A DNA stretch of 64,000 bases from Gracilinanus agilis (taxonomy: Eukaryota). The position numbers and the translations under genes are program-made. The notes beneath the pieces were generated by a model. It ran no database searches and was not told the DNA's origin. It worked only from the letters and a program-made list of their open reading frames with translations. Below are positions 55,791-64,000 of this stretch, in pieces. The stretch lies in NCBI RefSeq assembly GCF_016433145.1, contig NC_058131.1, positions 401,769,938 through 401,833,937 on the forward strand. The letters run 5' to 3'. Position 1 is the first letter of the stretch. Each line of letters opens with the position of its first letter.

Positions 55791-58205
55791 CTTAATGAAT
55801 GCTTGCTCTTCATTTGCTTTGTTGCAGGCATCCCAAGATATAATAGATTCTCTCTGTTCAGATCCTTGCTTACTAGTAAATTCTTGTGAATTACTTGCTG
55901 AAAAATTTAAATGGCTCTTCCTGGAATTGATAGTACAGGAAACCTCGTGTGAATATGCCTGAAGAAATGCTTGTACTCCATCTATCCCCAGAAACTGTGA
56001 AGTTTGAATACCCTCCAAATGTGTACTTGTTGATCCCAGCTCCATACACCACTTTCGAAGCCTGAGTGCCAATAATAGGATAATGAAGGAAAAGAATAAG
56101 CAGGACTCTGCAGCTACTGCAATCACCAGGTAGAATGTGAGACTGGAGTCATTTGGGGATTCAGGTGTCACTAGGTTGCTGAGATCTGAAAGGATCTCAG
56201 GGATGCTGTCAGCCACTGCAATTGTAACACTGATAGTGGCAGAGAGAGGAGGGTCCCCATTGTCTGTGACAGCTACTACCAGAGTTTGTTTGATGGAATC
56301 TTTTTCCAGGAAAGCTCTGGTAGTAGTTATCTCACCTGTGTGTAATCTCATTGCGAAGAGCCCAGGCTCTGTGGCCTTGAGTATATGGTAGGACAGCCAG
56401 GCATTCTGACCAGAGTCTGCATCCACTGCCATCACCTTGGTCACCAGGTAGCCTGACTCTGCAGAGCGTGGGGCCAGCTCCACTCCGCTAGAACTATCTG
56501 AGGGGAAGGCAGGGTACAGGATTTCTGGGGCGTTGTCATTCTGATCTAGGATGAAAAGAGTCAGAGACACATTGCTGCTGAGAGGAGGGTCCCCAGAATC
56601 CCTGGCTGTCACTCTCAGCTGAAGCTCCGGGAACTGTTCATAGTCAAAGGAGCGCAGAGCATACAGGACACCGGTCTCAGAGTTGATCGAAATATAGGAA
56701 GAGAGAGGAGATCCCTGGAAAGTCTCATTGATAATTGAATAAGTAAGTTGGGCATTCGCTTCCGTGTCTGCATCACTTGCCTTGGGAGAAGATATTGTAG
56801 CTCCAGGCGAATTGTTTTCCATTAGATAAGCCAAATAGTGACTTCGGTGGAATAATGGGGGGTTGTCATTTTTATCAGATACCTGCAGTTGTATCACTTG
56901 GCTTGATGTTAGGGGTGGATCCCCTCTGTCTTCCGCGGTAATAGTAATATTGTAGCTGGAAATTTGCTCCCTGTCCAGGATTTCGCTGGATATCAAACTG
57001 TAATAGTTATCAAATGAACCCGAAATCTCGAAGGGAACTTGCTTGGAAATCGTGCACCGGATCTGTCCATTTTCTCCAGAATCTCTGTCATGGGTGTTAA
57101 AAAGGGCAATTATCGTCCTTAGTGGAGAGTCTTCTGGGATTGGACTGAAGAGGGAAGTGATAGTGATTTCTGGGGAATTGTCATTGACATCGGTCACTCG
57201 AAGTAGAATGTGGGCCAGGGCAAAAAGTCCTCCTCTGTCAATAGCCTGCACTTCAAGCTCATGTAACTGATCGGCCTCGAAATCCAGGCCTCCCACTATT
57301 CTGAGCTCTCCACTGGTGGACCCGATATGGAACAGCAAGGAAGAAGCCTCAGAGAGCTTTATTAACGAATAAGTTATCTCGGAGTTGGAACCTTCATCAC
57401 GGTCGGTGGCCTGCACCTTGACCACCACTGTGTCCGCTTGCACATCCTCAGGCACGCTCACCTCATAGAGAGAGCGCTGAAATATGGGAGCGTTGTCATT
57501 CACATCTAATACTTTGATTCGGATCTGAGTCTCTCCGGTTCTCACTGGATCCCCACCGTCTACAGCTATGAGGAGAAGCTGGTGTTCAGCTTGCTCCTCT
57601 CGATCCAGAGATTTTTCCAACACCAGCTCCGCATATTTTGTACCCCCAGCTTTAGTATGCACATTGAGGCTGAAATATGCGCTCTGACTAAGTAGGTAAT
57701 TCTGGAGACTATTACTGCCTACATCTGGATCCTTTGCATCCTGGAGATGAAAGCGGGTTCCTGGAGTAGTTATTTCTCTGATCTCTAACAAAATTTCCTC
57801 GGCAGGGAAGCTGGGCGAATTATCATTTATATCTAGAATTTCCACTTCAGCACGAACCAGCTTTATTGGCTCCTCCATAAGAACCTGGAGGGTCATCAGA
57901 CACCGAGGGATTTGTCCACATACTTCCTCTCTGTCTATTTTCTCACTGACATACAAACGACCATTTTGTAAATTCAGAGTGAAATGCTGCTTTTTACCTC
58001 CAGAGGCTATGCGAGCTCCTCGCTCCCACAGTTCCCGTGGCTGCAGCCCCAGATCCTTTGAGATGTCGCCCACAAAAGAGCCCTTCTCCATCTCCTCCGG
58101 AACCTCATAGCGGAACTGCCCGCATCCGGCCTGGCACAGAGTCCCCAAGAGAAAACAAAGAAGGACTTGCCCTCTGCAGTCTCGGAGCCTCGGTCCAGCA
58201 CCCAT
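55791..58205 (-). CDS. PCDHG: Protocadherin gamma variable exon, intact, atypical (gamma-A-like ends, divergent EC1-EC5 core)
   Basis: ORF 55689..58205 has six EC repeats, TM and GIDGVQAFLQAYSHEVS. Phase-0 donor AAG/GTGGGA ends the exon at 55791 (2415 nt, 805 codons). Confidence 0.92.
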
Positions 58206-58430
58206 TTTCCTCTTCAGGAGGAACCACTTCTTGTTTTTGGTGAAGATATGCCGTTATTTTCCCGCTTTTGTTTTCGTTTCTAGGCTCCAATGATCGATCC
58301 TGGGCATAAGGGTCTAACTTAACTGTAGTCACTCTGCTCTTATACATTCAAGTTATATTGTTTAAGGTCAATGTTGTTCTATCAGTAAAATTCAGGAGAA
58401 TATCTCTTGGTGTCTGAGTTTTCAGACTTT

Positions 58431-58460
58431 GGTAGAATAGCGGCACCCAGAGTCTTTGCT
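58431..58460 (-). promoter_or_regulatory. Pcdh promoter CSE
   Basis: ggtagaatagcggcacccagagtc, about 230 bp upstream of ATG 58205; nearly identical in core to the CSE at 9081. Confidence 0.8.
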
Positions 58461-61400
58461 GACAATGGCAAGGCATTAAGTTAAGTTGCTATATTGATTT
58501 GCATCTTCTGGTGATGATTCTTAATCCATTCTTTCTCGCTCATTCAACATGAATCCAAAAGCATTTATTAAATGGCCACTGTATTCAGAGGTGTGGGCAA
58601 AGCTTAGATAACATAATATCTATGGCTTCTTCAAGTTCCCGCTAGCAGGTGTGTAAGACACAACTGCTATAACTGTAATACACAATATTACTAGATAAAG
58701 ACTTTAAAGAGGTGTAGAACAGAGTACTATATGGGAGCAAGGGACGTTGTTATAGATCAGTCAGGTTTTAAAATTGTATTTGGGGGTTTGCTTTTTTTGG
58801 TTGTTTTTTTTTAACGTTTTTTAATTTAATTTTGATACAGCAGTCATATGAAGTGGAAAAAGTAGTTAGGACACTGTGCTTAGACTACTGTGCTTGGAGA
58901 TAGGAAGGTCTGGGCTAACATCCTGCCGCTGTATGATCCAGAGTCAGTTAATCTTTGTGAAGTTCAGGACTCTATCTCAGTCTCTCTGTTTTGTCACTGT
59001 CTCTGTCTCTGCCTATTTGTCTGTTTGTTCCTCTTTCTCCTCTTCATCCATCCCTCACTCTTGTTATTATTTGACCAAAAGTTCTTCATTCCTCTGGAAA
59101 ATTCAACCTACATTGATTTAGACGTTTGTTGACAAGAAACTTGAATTAAGTAGTATTCTGAACCTTCAAAAATGCTTATTTGCATTATAAAAAATACTTA
59201 TTTAGGCCAGGTGAAGTAAAAGCAGAGAACCCTATTTCTTTAATGTGAGATAACATGTTCTCCAAGAATCATCTTTATCCATCAATACTTTTATGGTTTA
59301 TGGTTTGCTTCATTGATTCTGTCACTGTTTATGCTATCACTGCCTTCTATCAATGCTTATTCGCATAATAAAATATTGTACTTGCTCTCAAGCATTAGTT
59401 TATCTCTGAGATAAGATTGAGAGAGAATTGAAAATGAATTGCAACAATATGATTAATCTTATTTATATATACTGTTTCTGTTTTTTCAAAAACTATTTTT
59501 AAAACTCTAAGACACCATCTCTGGGTCTCCCTGCTATCATTTTCCTTGACTCTCCTTGCCATTTTATGAAAGAAATCTGTTTCTCCATTGAGTTTAATTT
59601 TGAGCTTGGAAAAGATCTGCCATAGAAGGAGTTCGAATTATTTATGTAGATATGAAATGTAAGAATAAAAAATTAATATCCAATACTCCAAGAATTATTA
59701 TTTATAAGATTTATTAATAATCACTTGAAGTAAAGGAATAAAATAGCCTGAGTAAAGAGGAGTTTACCCAGACTGCATTAGCAGGAGAAAAGAGAGAAAG
59801 GGCAGAGTTACAGAAAGTTTTATCTATACAGTGTAAGGAAGTAAGGTGGGGATGAAAGGAAAGGGATTCTGGTAGATGAAGTCCAAGGGCACAAAATTCT
59901 AGTTACATTATATATATATATTGAACTAAATCATCAAAAAAAGAAATTATTTGGATGATTCTTTTTGTGTATACACCCAAAAATAATATAATGTAAGGAA
60001 ATATTATTATATTAAGGATAATTAAAATGAGTACTGGGAATCAGCAAGAAGGCATAGTAGCATGATAGATTGATGCAGGGCCTTTGGAAATGTCTGGGAT
60101 AGGAATGAGTAAAAGTCACTAAAACACACAAAAGAAGGAATTAAATAAATGGAGGACTATATATTAAGGAATTCTAGATAGTAGATCCAAAATGAATAAA
60201 TAGTGCATTCCATAGAATATTTTACAAGAAATAAGAACCAGAAAAGAACATCTGGGATAAATATCAAGATAATTTTTGCAAGACAGAAACAGCAGAAAGA
60301 GAGGAAAGACGAATTAGACATGTCAGTGACTGAGGTCAACATAATCTCTGAATTGTTTCTTTCTAAGCATAGAGACAGTATGGTAGAGTAGACAGAGAAC
60401 TGGACTCAAATCAAAAAGATCCTAAATTCAAGTCCATACTCTGTGACCTTGGCCAGCTCACTCCATTTCTCAGTTCTCTAAGACTCAAAATTGCAGAGAA
60501 GGTGTTGACCTGCATTGGTAGAGGGAGTTTCCATACCTAGAAGTTCTCTATAGAAACAAAATCACAAAATTAGTCCTTATGTTTATCTCTTTTTAACCTA
60601 AAACTAAGGAGAGACTAGAATCACAAAAGTAAGGAATACTATTCCCTCAGGGACTAGAAAGGATGGACTAATTAAGTAGTGTAATATACCTTCAGAATAT
60701 GAAGAATTCAGTGTTGTATAGTGTGGCCATAAAATATATAGTGTAAGCAGAAATGTGATCCAGGATGCAAGTGTTAAAGTATTAAGGACCACTCCACTTA
60801 GCTGAAGACAGGTGGCTGTTAATAAGTGAGACTTAGGGACTGTGTATTTTTCAGCTTTGTGCTCCTTGCCTTGAAAGAAAGGTGGTCGCTTTTGATCTGC
60901 TTTATTAATGTGAAAATGAAGCTATGGAACTGTGAGACAGATTCAACAACAATAGTTCTTTTACCTCAAGGTTTATTTTTGAATCAGAATTGTTTTTATT
61001 GGATCTGGTCTAAGCAGATGGGGGATGGGCTACCATAAGAAAATATAAAGACCACAGACTTTAATGGGGAAAAAAATCCCTTGGGAAGTATGAGCAAAGA
61101 GATTTGGATGTCCATTCATCAAGATAATCTTGGAACTGCTTAAGTTTACTCTTTTTCTTATATTTATAGTCACATGCCATCTGAAAAAAATTATGCAAGT
61201 TAGACGCTACCACAAGTTTCTGGTAACTACTGTGCTCCTTGACATTAGTCAAATAGGACTTCCCACACAAGTAAGAACTACTACTCTAGCCTCTCGCAAA
61301 GGGGAAGGGACTTATTTATGGCATGACCACCATTTTACAGGTCACCTGAGGGTAGAATAAATCAAGTTAGATTCTGCATCCTTTTTTAAAATAGCATGCT

Positions 61401-64000
61401 TTTAGGAACAGAAGTATGTTGTTTATTCTCATAAAGAAAAGATATAGAAACTTAGCTCTGTACCTGGCATATAGTAGGAGCTTAATAAATATTTATAGAT
61501 TGGTTGATTAAGAAGAAAAAGTTATAGAGAGTACTCTTCTTTGTCTCTTATACTCAAACTCAATCTGACTTTACTTACAATTAGTCTGTACTGATAATTT
61601 ACAGAAGTATCATAACACAACACAGTAGTCTTGACACATCTGAATTGAGTACTGCCAATCACTAGCCTAGATTGCTCTAAACTTCAGGAAGATGTCACGG
61701 TACCATTTATATTCCATTCCCACCACTCCACTGTGTCCTTTGTATAAAAGGCTGTCATACCAGTAGGATTTACTTAAGGGCATATTCACATGACTGAACT
61801 TTAACTTTTAAATAAAATAATCAGGAGACCATTTTTTCATGGCAAATTGAATCGTTTTCTTTATTTTTAGTTCCTAGTTAGAGTTGCAGTGCTACACCTG
61901 GGAAAATCAAAACAGGAAGCAGTGCTAACCAGCACATTATTATCTGATGTTTTTATTCATTAATTCTTAATTAAAATGTAATGTCAATATGTAGTTTGTA
62001 GTCACTGAAATCTATGTAGATTCTGTTTTTTCCCTCATCATGGAGAATTCATGAGGGATTTCACTAATGTGATTTCACCAATATGGGGATTCTTTTCACT
62101 AACTCAGAAAATAATATCTCTATCATTACTAGAGAAGTTCTAGGGAGTAGTATGGAGACATATAGTGATTGCCTAAGATTTCCACGTCAAGCTCAGAGAC
62201 TGGATTTGAACAAACGGTTTTTCCCACCTCTACATCTGGCATTCTAATCACTATGTGAAGGGGGCCTCATATTAAGTAAGTATATATTAAATATTTTAAG
62301 ATATTATAATTCATTCAAATATTAGATCAGACGCAAACTTTAATGACATCCATCCTCATGCAACAACATTGTTTACTGGAGCAGTCTGGTAGAATTGAAA
62401 GTTCCTTTTGATTGGGGAGTCAGATAATCATTGAATATATGGATTGAGTTGCCTTTTGCAATTTACTGAACTGCATCAAAGGAATTAGTCCCTAAAATAG
62501 GTGGCAATGGTATTTGCTACTTATCTTTAGAAGAAAAAGATATTTTGTTCTTCAAGACAGAGGAGTTATACTATTCAAAAGTTATACTATATACTATGTT
62601 ATACTCTTTGATAGGATTATAAGATTCTTCACAGATTTGGAGCTAGAAGCAAACCTAGATATCAACTGGTTTTATAGCCTCACTTTATAAATGCACAAAT
62701 TGAGATCCAATGAGGTAAAGGAATGCCCAGTATCACACAAATAGCAAATCATCGATCTCAGATGTGAAATTCGGGTCATTTGCTGCCTCGTTATATTTTG
62801 CTAATTTTTTTCCCTCTTCTTCGATTCAGACAAATATAGATAATGTCACCAAATAGAGCCACTCCAGGAAAGTAAGAACATTAACTGATATTAAAATGGA
62901 AATGTTTGGTTGAACTGAGTAGAGCCAGGTAAACAATTCACATGCTGATCAAAAGAGAGTAAAGCAAAACTGTTGGTGAATCTTGCTTACTCCCTCTTGG
63001 CAAAGAAGTGTTAGACTACAGATGTGGAATGAAGAATACATTTTTAGACAGCTAATATGCAGGTTTCCTTTCATTGGAATGTTACAATGAGCAAGTTTAC
63101 AGAGTAAAGATGAAGAATCATCAGGAAGTGACAGGAATTTTTTTAAAAAGAGCACCAATGAAACATCAAAAAATAACAAAATGCACAAATTATAGACAAA
63201 TACAGATAGAACCAATTAGAGTTAGAAATGCATACGTGCAAGTATTGAGAAAATTAAATTCTGAGGAATGTTGGGGTTGCTGGTCACAAGATCAGCCAAA
63301 AACCATTTAGAAACCATCAAAAGCAGCAGCAAGAAAGACTAAATAGAAAGCTAGTAATGGAGGGCACACACAAAAAATGGATGAAAAAGTCACAGACTTC
63401 AATTGGATCCAAAATGTACTAAAGAAGGGCTTGGAGCAAGTGGGGTAGGAACTGTATTTAAATGAAAAATAAGATAATTAGGACATTGCTAATCTGGAAG
63501 ACATAGGCTATTTCTTTATCTAATGATGGAGATGTTGGATTGGGTTTTAAGGTAACACTGATATTCTCCATTTCCAGTTTCATTTCTCCCCCACCACCAC
63601 CTTTATAGATGTAATAAGCTTCCTGGCTTGGTTCTTGAAGATTGCTGGAGGGAATGGAGCAATGTGTAGGTTCATCTATTTGAGTTTCAGAGTTTTTAGA
63701 AAGAAAAGGTCACGACTTGTAAAAGATAATAAAAAAATTATATTCCACAATATAGTGCTGTGATGTTTTAGATATAGAATGAGTGGGGTAACAAGTGATG
63801 AAGAATAGAGGTTAAGATGTCTATCGGAAGAGGAATAGAATCAGATCATGTCAATTAAAATAAATAAATATCTTAAGAGGGAGGGAGGAAGGAAGAAAAG
63901 ATGAGAGAGAAAGAGAATTTGGAATTAAATTGTTTTTAAATGTTAAAAAATATTTTTACAAGTATCTGAGAAAAAGCAAAATACTTAAAAAAGAAAAACA

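Overview
This window is a marsupial clustered protocadherin-gamma locus, probably from a didelphid opossum judging by the SINE and L1 sequences. Everything coding lies on the minus strand. Only variable exons are present; the constant exons must lie beyond the left edge. In transcription order (right to left): (1) an intact but atypical gamma exon (58205-55791) whose EC1-C-terminal to mid-EC5 core diverges from the local gamma-A and gamma-B exons while both ends are gamma-A-like; (2) a full-length RPL29 processed pseudogene with a nested SINE and a long repetitive C-terminal tail; (3) five consecutive dead exons (divergent-type relic, gamma-B pseudogene, L1-split gamma-A pseudogene, gamma-B relic, gamma-A pseudogene); (4) gamma-A (interrupted by a single-N gap), gamma-B (intact), gamma-A 5' half joined across a single-N gap to a gamma-B 3' part, and gamma-A (intact). 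The 1172-aa ORF at 5420-8938 is most likely an assembly chimera. CSE/CTCF-type promoter elements are recognisable about 215-250 bp upstream of seven start codons, all in the same orientation. The rest is SINE, L1, L2, LTR and hAT-MITE sequence. All calls were made by eye; no database search or alignment program was run, and coordinates of old repeats and relics are approximate.
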